From IMG/VR virus record IMGVR_UViG_3300050821_002507: a DNA stretch of 28,049 bases. One strand, written 5' to 3'. Shown piece after piece: positions 16,130-22,606 of this stretch (its first letter is position 1; each line of letters begins with the position of its first letter). Position numbers and translations under genes: made by a program. Below the pieces are notes generated by a model. The model did not search any database. It was not told the DNA's origin and worked only from the letters and a program-made list of their open reading frames with translations. Source of the DNA: a virus. Its lineage: Duplodnaviria; Heunggongvirae; Uroviricota; Caudoviricetes.

Positions 16130-16543
16130 CAGTTATTTTTAATACGGTATACCAGATAGTTATCGCGAGACCATAGTTCCCCCCTTTCTGCCTTCAGTCT
16201 GGACTTAACCTAGACTGAAGCCCCTAGTGAGGGGGAGACGGGAGACAACTTTCCCATCCGCATACTTGGTGCCCTTCGCCGGTAAACCGGACAAGTGCCA
16301 GTAGGATTTTTTCGGCTCCTACCCATGGCATCCCTCATCTAGCGGGACACCATGCTTCAACCGTTCCAGGGGGTTGCCCTGTCTGAAGGCCCAGGTCGCA
16401 AGGGGAGAGCGTTGCCTGGAATTGTTTTGGTTCGGGCAAATTGCCAGCGGCCCGCAACACCGTATGCACCTATTGACCTATAGGCACGGGCGGTGGGGCA
16501 TAACCGGCTCAGTCGGACGGGTGTCCGGGCTAGGGGACTTTTA

Positions 16544-16576
16544 GGGAACTATGCACTTGACATAGTTATAAATCGG
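16544..16576 (+). repeat. IRL of the outer element; contains the -35 box of the transposase promoter
   Basis: GGGAACTATGCACTTGACATAGTTATAAATCGG is the exact reverse complement of 22401-22433. TTGACA (16557-62)-N17-CATATT. Confidence 0.95.
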
Positions 16577-16610
16577 GTGCATATTGGCGGCCATAGAGAG
16601 GTTGCCCGCC

Positions 16611-17516
16611 ATGAATGTAGATCTGACAGACCCGATTTTTCACGATGAAAACAAGGCTCGCGAGCACCTTGAGGCGCAGCGCTGGCCCGATGGCCCGTTC
16701 TGCCCGCATTGCGGCGAGGTCGATAACATTTGCCGATTACATGGCAAGTCCCACCGCCCCGGCCTGTTCCAGTGCAACTCATGCCTTCAGGCATTTACGG
16801 TTATGGTCGGCTCGGTTTTCGAGTCGTCGCATATCCCGCTGACCAAGTGGGTACTGGCCTTTCACCTGATGGCCGCGAGCAAGAAGGGTATGAGTGCCCT
16901 ACAGCTACAGCGGATGCTCGGCCTTGGCTCCTACCGGTCGGCTTGGTTCATGTGCCACCGTATCCGTGAGGCCATGAAGCCGGCCAAGCCAAGCCCGTTG
17001 GGTGGCCCTAAGAAGGTTGTCGAGGCAGACGAGACCTTCATCGGCGGCAAAGCCAAGAACCGCGCCTACGCCAAGAAGCCCCCAAAGAAAGAGGCGGTCT
17101 TTGCGTTGGTCGAGCGGGACGGCGAAAGCCGCTCATTCCATGTCGCCAACGTGAAGGCAAAGACCTTGCGCGAAGCCATCGTCAAGACGGCAGACCGTAA
17201 GTCATTCCTGATGACCGACGAATCGCCGTCCTACGAAACGGTTGGCGCAGAGTTTGCCCTTCACGCCACGGTCAACCATTCGCAGAATGAATACGTGCGC
17301 GCCGACTGGCACACGAACACGGTGGAAAGCCGTTTCGCTCTGATGAAGCGCGCCGTCTATGGGACGCACCATTCAGTCAGTCAGGCCCATCTGCACCGCT
17401 ATTTAGTCGAATGGGACTACAAGTGGAACACCCGCAAGATGAAGGATGGGGAACGTGCCGCGCTTGCCGTCTATGGTGCCGGTGGCAAGCGTCTCACGTA
17501 CCGCAATCCTAACTGA
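16611..17516 (+). CDS. IS1595-family (ISXO2-like) DDE transposase
   Basis: Zn ribbon CPHCG..CNSC, HTH region, VEADET, MTDE, NTVESRF and HLHRYL.E motifs. AGAGG RBS before ATG 16611. Confidence 0.97.
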   Translation: MNVDLTDPIFHDENKAREHLEAQRWPDGPFCPHCGEVDNICRLHGKSHRPGLFQCNSCLQAFTVMVGSVFESSHIPLTKWVLAFHLMAASKKGMSALQLQRMLGLGSYRSAWFMCHRIREAMKPAKPSPLGGPKKVVEADETFIGGKAKNRAYAKKPPKKEAVFALVERDGESRSFHVANVKAKTLREAIVKTADRKSFLMTDESPSYETVGAEFALHATVNHSQNEYVRADWHTNTVESRFALMKRAVYGTHHSVSQAHLHRYLVEWDYKWNTRKMKDGERAALAVYGAGGKRLTYRNPN

Positions 17517-17597
17517 GCCCAAGACAAATCAAGCAGAAGGCAAAGCGCTTTCTGCGGTGGAGAAAACGCAAGGGTCGGGCATGACGCTCGGCCCTTG
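17513..17597 (+). other. Basic mini-ORF (CTG start, LSPRQIKQKAKRFLRWRKRKGRA) whose stop lies in the loop of a hairpin (17569-17597)
   Basis: CTGA overlaps the transposase stop. The peptide and hairpin are conserved after the second transposase. Confidence 0.45.
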
Positions 17598-17642
17598 TTT
17601 CGTTATGCTAAGTCTATAAGTTGGCTTCGGAGTTGCATAAAA

Positions 17643-17957
17643 ATGACGATCAAGACTTATGTAGCGCTCGATGATGGGACGACAGTTTTGGTCGAAACCA
17701 TCGAGCACGAAGGAGACCTCTGGCTTGTGCCAAAATGGATCGCCACGTCATTCCCAAACATGCACAAGCCAGCCCGAATGATTCGGATGCCGAAAGATCG
17801 GCTCCAGGACCTCGGCCATGATTTTCTCGCAAGCGGGATTCATGCACATAAACTAGACGGTCAAGTGTCCAAAGTTTTGTTGGACGTGGCCAACCCGTTG
17901 CAATCAGACCAGCCGTTCGACGTTCTAGAGGCTCCGGAGTTATTGATTCGTCGATGA
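17643..17957 (+). CDS. Passenger hypothetical protein (TIEHEGDLWLVP motif)
   Basis: GGAG upstream of ATG 17643; 104 aa; first gene after the hairpin. Confidence 0.65.
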   Translation: MTIKTYVALDDGTTVLVETIEHEGDLWLVPKWIATSFPNMHKPARMIRMPKDRLQDLGHDFLASGIHAHKLDGQVSKVLLDVANPLQSDQPFDVLEAPELLIRR

Positions 17958-17999
17958 ATTGTTGATTTCGAATCACTCTGTGTACCATTTCTTCCTTCC

Positions 18000-18231
18000 T
18001 CAATTCCGAAAACCTCTAATTGCCCATCCCAAAGCCGAACCGAACGCCAGCACAAGCACGGGAGGGATCAGGGCAATTTTGATGGCTGTTTGAATGGCGA
18101 TCTTTCTAGAGCCGAGAAGTTCAAGTTGTAAGTCAGATATAATCGTGCCCTGCGGCGGGTCAGGGGGCGGTAGGCTTAAAACCGCTACCGTACCAACCGC
18201 ACCAATCCAAAGTACGGAGAGGACAATCCAC
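18000..18231 (-). pseudogene. 3' part of a two-TM membrane protein gene interrupted by the inner IS (5' part at 21326-21362)
   Basis: Removing the inner element and one TSD restores an 86-aa ORF MRFARGFLRLWIVLSVLWIGAV...GSALGWAIRGFRN, paralogous to 20038..20340. Confidence 0.9.
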
Positions 18232-18273
18232 CCCAATTATATCGTTGACATCACAAGCTCTATATGCTGTATT
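18232..18273 (+). promoter_or_regulatory. IRL of the inner element with transposase promoter TTGACA-N17-TGTATT
   Basis: -35 at 18245-50 inside the IR; -10 at 18268-73. Confidence 0.7.
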
Positions 18274-18300
18274 GAGGCCATCACACAGGGATCGATGGTC

Positions 18301-19248
18301 ATGGACACGTTTTCAGCCCCGCATTTCCACAATGACGAAGCTGCCAGAGCCTATCTGGAAGCCCTGCGTTGGCCCGATGGTCCGGTCTGCCCGCATTGTG
18401 GCTCGGTCAATCACGCCTATGTGATTAATCCTGCCGGCACCTATCGCTGCGCAGAAAAGGAATGCCGGGGGAACTTCTCGGTCACAATGAATTCTCCCAT
18501 GGAGCGCAGCCATATCGCTCTGCACAAGTGGGTCCAAGCATTCCATCTAATGGCGTCCAGCAAGAAAGGCGTCTCAGCCCACCAATTGCACCGGACTCTG
18601 GAAATCACGTATCGCTCGGCATGGTTCATGGCGCACCGCATTCGCGAGTGTATGCGATCGGGCGGTCTCGCCCCGATGGGTGGCGATGGCCAGATCGTTG
18701 AGGCCGATGAAACATATTATGGCCCGGTCGATAACCCGCGTACCGAAACGACCATCGGTCGGCCGTTCACGAAGCGTGGCAAAACCGGTCCAGCCAATAA
18801 GCGCCCGATCCTCGCGCTGGTCGAGCGCGGCGGCAAGGTTCGCACGTTCCATGTGCCGGTTGCCGATCAGAAAACGGTCGAGAAGATCGTCACGGAAAAC
18901 ATCGCTCGCGAGTCACGGCTGCACACCGATGAAAGCCGCCTCTATTTCAACGCGGCCGATCATTTTGCCGCGCACAAGACCGTGAAGCACACCGCGAAGG
19001 AATACGCGCGGCGCGAAGACGGAGAAAACATCCACTGCAATTCTGCGGAAGGTTACTTCTCGATTTTCAAGCGCGGCATGAAGGGCATCTATCAGCACTG
19101 CGACGAAAAGCATTTACACAGATATTTGTCGGAATTCGATTTCCGCTACAATCACCGAGTCCGGCTCGGATACGACGATGGGGAACGTGCAGCCATGGCG
19201 GTCAAGAACGCGACCGGCAAGCGGCTGACGTACCGGCTCACTGACTAA
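18301..19248 (+). CDS. IS1595-family (ISXO2-like) DDE transposase
   Basis: CPHCG Zn ribbon, VEADETY, LHTDE, NSAEGYF and HLHRYLSEFDFRYN. Start at 18301 or 18295; the ORF-track start 18094 lies outside the IR. Confidence 0.97.
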   Translation: MDTFSAPHFHNDEAARAYLEALRWPDGPVCPHCGSVNHAYVINPAGTYRCAEKECRGNFSVTMNSPMERSHIALHKWVQAFHLMASSKKGVSAHQLHRTLEITYRSAWFMAHRIRECMRSGGLAPMGGDGQIVEADETYYGPVDNPRTETTIGRPFTKRGKTGPANKRPILALVERGGKVRTFHVPVADQKTVEKIVTENIARESRLHTDESRLYFNAADHFAAHKTVKHTAKEYARREDGENIHCNSAEGYFSIFKRGMKGIYQHCDEKHLHRYLSEFDFRYNHRVRLGYDDGERAAMAVKNATGKRLTYRLTD

Positions 19249-19344
19249 GCCTGTTTTCAGGCATAAGGCCGCGCGGTTTCTGCGCTGGCGCAAGAAACTC
19301 CCCAAGAAGAAACGCAAGGGCCGAGCATGACGCTCGGCCCTTGC
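19241..19344 (+). other. Basic mini-ORF (CTG start, LTKPVFRHKAARFLRWRKKLPKKKRKGRA) ending in a 13-bp hairpin (19314-19344)
   Basis: Perfect stem GCAAGGGCCGAGC-atgac-GCTCGGCCCTTGC; homologous to 17513-17597. Confidence 0.45.
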
Positions 19345-19383
19345 TTCGCTATCCTGGCGGTGCCAACCAACTAGGAGCGAGTC

Positions 19384-19590
19384 ATGGCTAAACAGATTGC
19401 GCCCGCCTACGCCCTTTCTCTCTGCGTCGTTCTCGCTCTTCATAAAACTGATCCCAAATTTCTTGCACTCTTACGGTCCACCGTGGCGGATTTCCAGAAG
19501 ACTCAGCCCAAGGACGGGATAACATGGGAGACTCTTGAGCTTTTTTTGCGCGCCCTATACGACTCTGAGATTTTTGTAAAATCGTCTTAG
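19384..19590 (+). CDS. Passenger hypothetical protein, 68 aa
   Basis: AGGAG RBS 7 nt upstream; same slot as 17643..17957 in the outer element. Confidence 0.6.
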   Translation: MAKQIAPAYALSLCVVLALHKTDPKFLALLRSTVADFQKTQPKDGITWETLELFLRALYDSEIFVKSS

Positions 19591-19618
19591 TTTCTTTTGT
19601 TGCCATTGGTTTTCCCCG

Positions 19619-20041
19619 TTAATCCGCTACCTTGGTCCACCGAACTTCAATAGACTTGATTTTTAAATCGTCGGCCGGATTGAGCAGAGTCAGGCCGGTA
19701 GTGTCGAACTCTTTTTGCTCTTTTTGCCAAGCAATTGCGGGAACGATGTACCTCGCTGCGTTATATGCGATCACGGTTGCCTGAAAGTGGCACCCTTTGT
19801 CGCCAAGTGGTGCATGTCCCCAATCACAGTCTTTCGGTTTGATACCAATGTTAACTTGGTCGAGGCTGACTTTGTATTTCGCGGAATACCAGATGGAATC
19901 CATCCATGTGTCGCCGGGGCCTAGCCAAACAGTAGCCACTAAGACCGCGACAAAAATCCAGCCCCCGTACAAGCCGAGCGTACCAATAAATGCAAAAAAC
20001 GCCCTCACGTTGGCTCCAAACTCATCCAGTCGTGCATTCAC
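19619..20041 (-). CDS. Passenger membrane-anchored protein with a periplasmic Cys pair (KPKDCDWGHAPLGDKGCH)
   Basis: N-terminal hydrophobic segment; GTGA coupling to 20038..20340. Confidence 0.7.
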   Translation of the reverse strand: MNARLDEFGANVRAFFAFIGTLGLYGGWIFVAVLVATVWLGPGDTWMDSIWYSAKYKVSLDQVNIGIKPKDCDWGHAPLGDKGCHFQATVIAYNAARYIVPAIAWQKEQKEFDTTGLTLLNPADDLKIKSIEVRWTKVAD

Positions 20042-20340
20042 CGAAAACCTCTAAGCGCCCACCCCAATGCCGATCCTATCATCAACAATAGGACAGGGGG
20101 GATAAGAGCAATCTCGGTAGCGGTTTGAATGGCTCGCTGTCGATTAGCGGCGGCTTCTATGACCCATGGTGCGTCTGGTAACGAATCAGACTGCTGTTGA
20201 GCGCTTGGTTGCGGATTAAATTTCGCCCAAGGGTCAGCCGCCGGAAAATTCAATGTTGCCACGGCAATCACCGCACCGATCCATAACACAGAAAGGACAA
20301 GCCACAGTCGGAGAAATCCGCGTGCGATTCGCAATGCCAT
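20038..20340 (-). CDS. Passenger two-TM membrane protein (intact paralogue of the gene the element interrupts)
   Basis: RGFLRLWLVLSVLWIGAV...AIQTA..IALIPPVL.L..GSALGWA.RGFR. Confidence 0.8.
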   Translation of the reverse strand: MALRIARGFLRLWLVLSVLWIGAVIAVATLNFPAADPWAKFNPQPSAQQQSDSLPDAPWVIEAAANRQRAIQTATEIALIPPVLLLMIGSALGWALRGFR

Positions 20341-20349
20341 CGCTGGTCC

Positions 20350-20511
20350 CTATCCCTTTTTACTCTTGGGACTCTTGACCGGCTTTCCTCTAGGCTTGCC
20401 GAGCTTCATTTCGGCCTGCGGCTTGGGCGGCATCTTGAACGCCGCTCGCAATGCCGCAGCCGCGCGCCGTTCGGTTTCTTCTCTTGTGAATTGGTCGAGG
20501 GGCTTGGCCAT
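20350..20511 (-). CDS. Unannotated 53-aa basic micro-protein, EETxRR family (copy A)
   Basis: Manual translation MAKPLDQFTREETERRAAAALRAAFKMPPKPQAEMKLGKPRGKPVKSPKSKKG; paralogous to 21359..21514. Confidence 0.75.
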   Translation of the reverse strand: MAKPLDQFTREETERRAAAALRAAFKMPPKPQAEMKLGKPRGKPVKSPKSKKG

Positions 20512-21124
20512 GGCTGCACCACTAAGCGAGGAGGATGAATACGATCAACAGTTCAGAAACATTTGCTTCAATATGGGAATTGCTCTTGTAGAATGGCAGC
20601 GTCTTGAAGACCAGCATTACGGGCTTTTCCGACATTTGACTGGCATCCAGCGACAAGACCTTGCTTCAATTGTGTACCATAGCACGGAGAGCTTTGACGC
20701 GCGACGTGTAATGGTGGGTCACCTAGCGCGAGCTTTCATCGACCAATTGAACGACAAACAGCAGGCGAAAGCTCGTAGGCAAATAGCTGCTATTGATAAG
20801 GGGCTGGCAGATGCAAGCAAAAATCGCAATAAAATAGCCCACCATGCAATGGAATATAAAATCTCTTCCATGAAAGAGAACGATGACGGCAGCATTACAA
20901 TCGAATACGGGCCTCCTAGGCTGCAGCAATCATCATCCAATATATTGAGCCGGATAGAGGGGCGCGGTCCGGACCAGAAGGGGCACGACCTGGGGGTAAC
21001 CGAACTACAGACATACAGAGATGAATTTAAAAAGGTGCAGGCGCAAATTATCGCCTTCAATCACTGGCTGGCTTTAGTGACGCCTCCGCAGCCGCTGCAA
21101 TCAGGCGCTCCACAATCGACATAG
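20510..21124 (+). CDS. Passenger helical protein with HEPN-type Rx4H motif (RNKIAH)
   Basis: GAGGGG RBS 7 nt before ATG 20510. MGIAL.EWQ.LE helix and RNKIAH motif; 204 aa. Confidence 0.65.
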   Translation: MAAPLSEEDEYDQQFRNICFNMGIALVEWQRLEDQHYGLFRHLTGIQRQDLASIVYHSTESFDARRVMVGHLARAFIDQLNDKQQAKARRQIAAIDKGLADASKNRNKIAHHAMEYKISSMKENDDGSITIEYGPPRLQQSSSNILSRIEGRGPDQKGHDLGVTELQTYRDEFKKVQAQIIAFNHWLALVTPPQPLQSGAPQST

Positions 21125-21284
21125 CCCCCCATGGGCCGCCAATCCAAACGCGGCCATAGAAATCCGCCTCGTCCATCAACCTCTGAACCATCCTGCCAAT
21201 AGCAGCGTCGTCGGCCAGCAGATCGGCCCATTTCTGGTCAGGCTGGACTACTCCTGAATTCTGTAGCGTCGGCCTGTCGGTCAC
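21057..21284 (-). CDS. Small passenger protein adjacent to IRR (MTDRP...)
   Basis: AGGAG RBS before GTG 21284; convergent overlap with the HEPN gene; same slot as 22101..22292. Confidence 0.55.
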   Translation of the reverse strand: MTDRPTLQNSGVVQPDQKWADLLADDAAIGRMVQRLMDEADFYGRVWIGGPWGAMSIVERLIAAAAEASLKPASD

Positions 21285-21294
21285 ATACTACTCC

Positions 21295-21325
21295 TAGAGC
21301 TTGTGATGTCAACGATATAATTGGG
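21295..21325 (-). repeat. IRR of the inner element
   Basis: Exact reverse complement of 18232-18262. Confidence 0.95.
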
Positions 21326-21362
21326 CAATCCACAATCTGAGAAATCCGCGAGCGAACCTCAC
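21326..21362 (-). pseudogene. 5' part of the interrupted membrane protein gene
   Basis: GTG 21362 overlaps the TGA of 21359..21514 (GTGA). Reads MRFARGFLRLWI, then enters IRR and stops. Confidence 0.85.
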
Positions 21363-21514
21363 GGGTTGGCCTTGCGTGGCTCGGGACTCTTCTTCTTTTT
21401 CCCGGTAGGCTTATGCGGCTTTGGCGGCGTGTTCAGCGCAACGCGCAAGGCGGCGTTGGCGCGGCGTTTGGTCTCTTCGGTGCTGTAGAAGTCGGTCGGT
21501 TTGTTTTTGCTCAT
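21359..21514 (-). CDS. Unannotated 51-aa basic micro-protein, EETxRR family (copy B)
   Basis: Manual translation MSKNKPTDFYSTEETKRRANAALRVALNTPPKPHKPTGKKKKSPEPRKANP. Extended -10 (TGcTATCAT) 7 nt before the ATG suggests a leaderless mRNA. Confidence 0.75.
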   Translation of the reverse strand: MSKNKPTDFYSTEETKRRANAALRVALNTPPKPHKPTGKKKKSPEPRKANP

Positions 21515-21529
21515 GCAGCGGATGATAGC

Positions 21530-22147
21530 ATGACGGTGGTATCAAAAAAAGCGCGAAAGGAAGCTCTGGCTCGCGCCAAGGAGCGCCTAAATGCCCGGAG
21601 CTTCGGGAATGATTCGTGGCAGGTGATACTGCAATACACCGGAGATTCCTCGAATCTTCAAACATCTGATAGAGCAACCGCGCTTGTACTGGGTGCCATC
21701 TTAGAGCAAGGGCTTGAACTTGCGATTCTTTCGCATTGCGTTCTCGGGTGGAACACGCCGGAATCGGAGTCGGAACAGAGAAAGCTATTTGGTGGAGGTG
21801 AAGACGCCCCTATAAATTTCGCCGTAAAAATTAGGCTTGCCTATGCGCTCGGCGTATATGGGCCCAACACTAGAGATGATTTGGACCTGATGAGGCATAT
21901 CCGCAACCTTTTTGCCCACGATAGGGGCCACCTGACTTTCAATGATGAAATAGCATCAAAACTTTGTGTCCAAATAAAATGGATCGATGCGTTTCCGTGG
22001 GGAGGCGTTACTGGAAATGCGCCAGCGTCTCCCCGAGATCAGTACGTAGAAACAGTCAAGCACTTTTTCCCATTTCTAACGGTGGGAGTTGGCAGGCCAA
22101 TCAAATACCTGGATTCTCCTTTTGCTCTTTCTGTAATGTATGCCTAG
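21530..22147 (+). CDS. Passenger MtlR-like HEPN-superfamily protein (RNLFAH)
   Basis: SDRATALVLGAILE..LE, FAVKIRLAYALG and DLDLMRHIRNLFAH match the MtlR/HEPN pattern. Confidence 0.75.
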   Translation: MTVVSKKARKEALARAKERLNARSFGNDSWQVILQYTGDSSNLQTSDRATALVLGAILEQGLELAILSHCVLGWNTPESESEQRKLFGGGEDAPINFAVKIRLAYALGVYGPNTRDDLDLMRHIRNLFAHDRGHLTFNDEIASKLCVQIKWIDAFPWGGVTGNAPASPRDQYVETVKHFFPFLTVGVGRPIKYLDSPFALSVMYA

Positions 22148-22292
22148 CCCTCCACATCGCTTCAAAAGCAACCAACGCGCACACTCCTGGGTCGTCGGTA
22201 CATCCGATTGCAAGGAGAGCCCGTTCGCCGGCCTCAATCATTTCGTCCGTGACTTCGATTTCAGCAGAACGTGTGTCGGGTGCTTGTTCCAT
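22101..22292 (-). CDS. Small passenger protein adjacent to IRR (EIEVTDEMIEAG motif)
   Basis: 63 aa. Candidate promoter TTGCTT (22321-26)-N17-TATAGG (22298-303) just upstream. Convergent overlap with the HEPN gene. Confidence 0.6.
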   Translation of the reverse strand: MEQAPDTRSAEIEVTDEMIEAGERALLAIGCTDDPGVCALVAFEAMWRARHTLQKEQKENPGI

Positions 22293-22400
22293 CGCTCCCT
22301 ATAACACAAGTTATTCTACAAAGCAAATTCTCGCGAGTAATTAAGCTCCCGTATGGACCGGGAGTTAGGCCGATGGCAAGCCAACAACTTGCAATCTAGG

Positions 22401-22433
22401 CCGATTTATAACTATGTCAAGTGCATAGTTCCC
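22401..22433 (-). repeat. IRR of the outer element
   Basis: Exact reverse complement of 16544-16576; followed by the TSD GACTTTTA. Confidence 0.95.
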
Positions 22434-22443
22434 GACTTTTACG

Positions 22444-22555
22444 TTGACGGAAACACAGAAATAAGGTATATGCCCATCAACGGTCCACACGTCCCCGATC
22501 AAGGTTTATGTGGATCAGCCCGGCAAGACACCACATCTTGGCCGGGCACCTTTTT
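22444..22555 (+). ncRNA. Candidate small RNA (about 75-80 nt) with its own promoter and intrinsic terminator
   Basis: TTGACG (22444-49)-N17-TATATG (22467-72). GC-rich hairpin GCCCGGCAAGA..TCTTGGCCGGGC (22518-47) followed by accTTTTT. No convincing ORF inside. Confidence 0.5.
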
Positions 22556-22556
22556 G

Positions 22557-22585
22557 ACTATACGAACGAATCGAGAACATCAAGG
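22557..22585 (-). promoter_or_regulatory. Alphaproteobacterial LexA box (GTTC-N7-GTTC) abutting a TATAGT -10 box
   Basis: Plus strand GAAC-gaatcga-GAAC at 22564-78; minus strand reads TTGATGTTCtcgattcGTTCgTATAGT. Confidence 0.6.
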
Positions 22586-22606
22586 CATTAATTCTATTAG
22601 GGATAC

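Larger units (their letters stand above)
18232..21325 (+). mobile_element. IS1595-family passenger-carrying element (inner, nested element)
   Basis: Perfect 31-bp IRs CCCAATTATATCGTTGACATCACAAGCTCTA (18232-62 / 21295-325) and 8-bp TSD CAATCCAC at 18224-31 and 21326-33. Confidence 0.95.
16544..22433 (+). mobile_element. IS1595-family passenger-carrying element (outer element)
   Basis: Perfect 33-bp terminal IRs, 8-bp TSD GACTTTTA at 16536-43 and 22434-41, and a DDE transposase. 8-bp DRs are characteristic of IS1595. Confidence 0.95.

Noticed and set aside
16172-16181. CATAGTTCCC, identical to the terminal 10 nt of the outer IS, about 360 bp from the insertion
   Set aside because: Too short to distinguish from chance; no partner end or TSD found.
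16584-16610. ORF-track start for transposase 1, and 18094 for transposase 2
   Set aside because: 16584 overlaps the -10 box and lacks an RBS; 18094 lies outside the inner element's IRL.
17514-17957. Stop read-through fusing transposase 1 to the in-frame 17595-17957 ORF
   Set aside because: In-frame by a one-in-three chance; not mirrored in element 2; the downstream gene has its own GGAG and ATG at 17643.
17650-18003. 117-aa minus-strand ORF with TTGA overlap to the TM gene
   Set aside because: Almost wholly antisense to the better-supported 17643-17957 gene; no recognisable motif. Cannot be fully excluded.
19388-19606. 72-aa basic minus-strand ORF
   Set aside because: Antisense to 19384-19590, which has a strong AGGAG RBS; lacks the EETxRR motif.
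21411-21677. 88-aa minus-strand ORF in the track, and the extended starts 20366 and 21413 for the HEPN genes
   Set aside because: Wrong-frame or antisense shadows of the EETxRR micro-genes.
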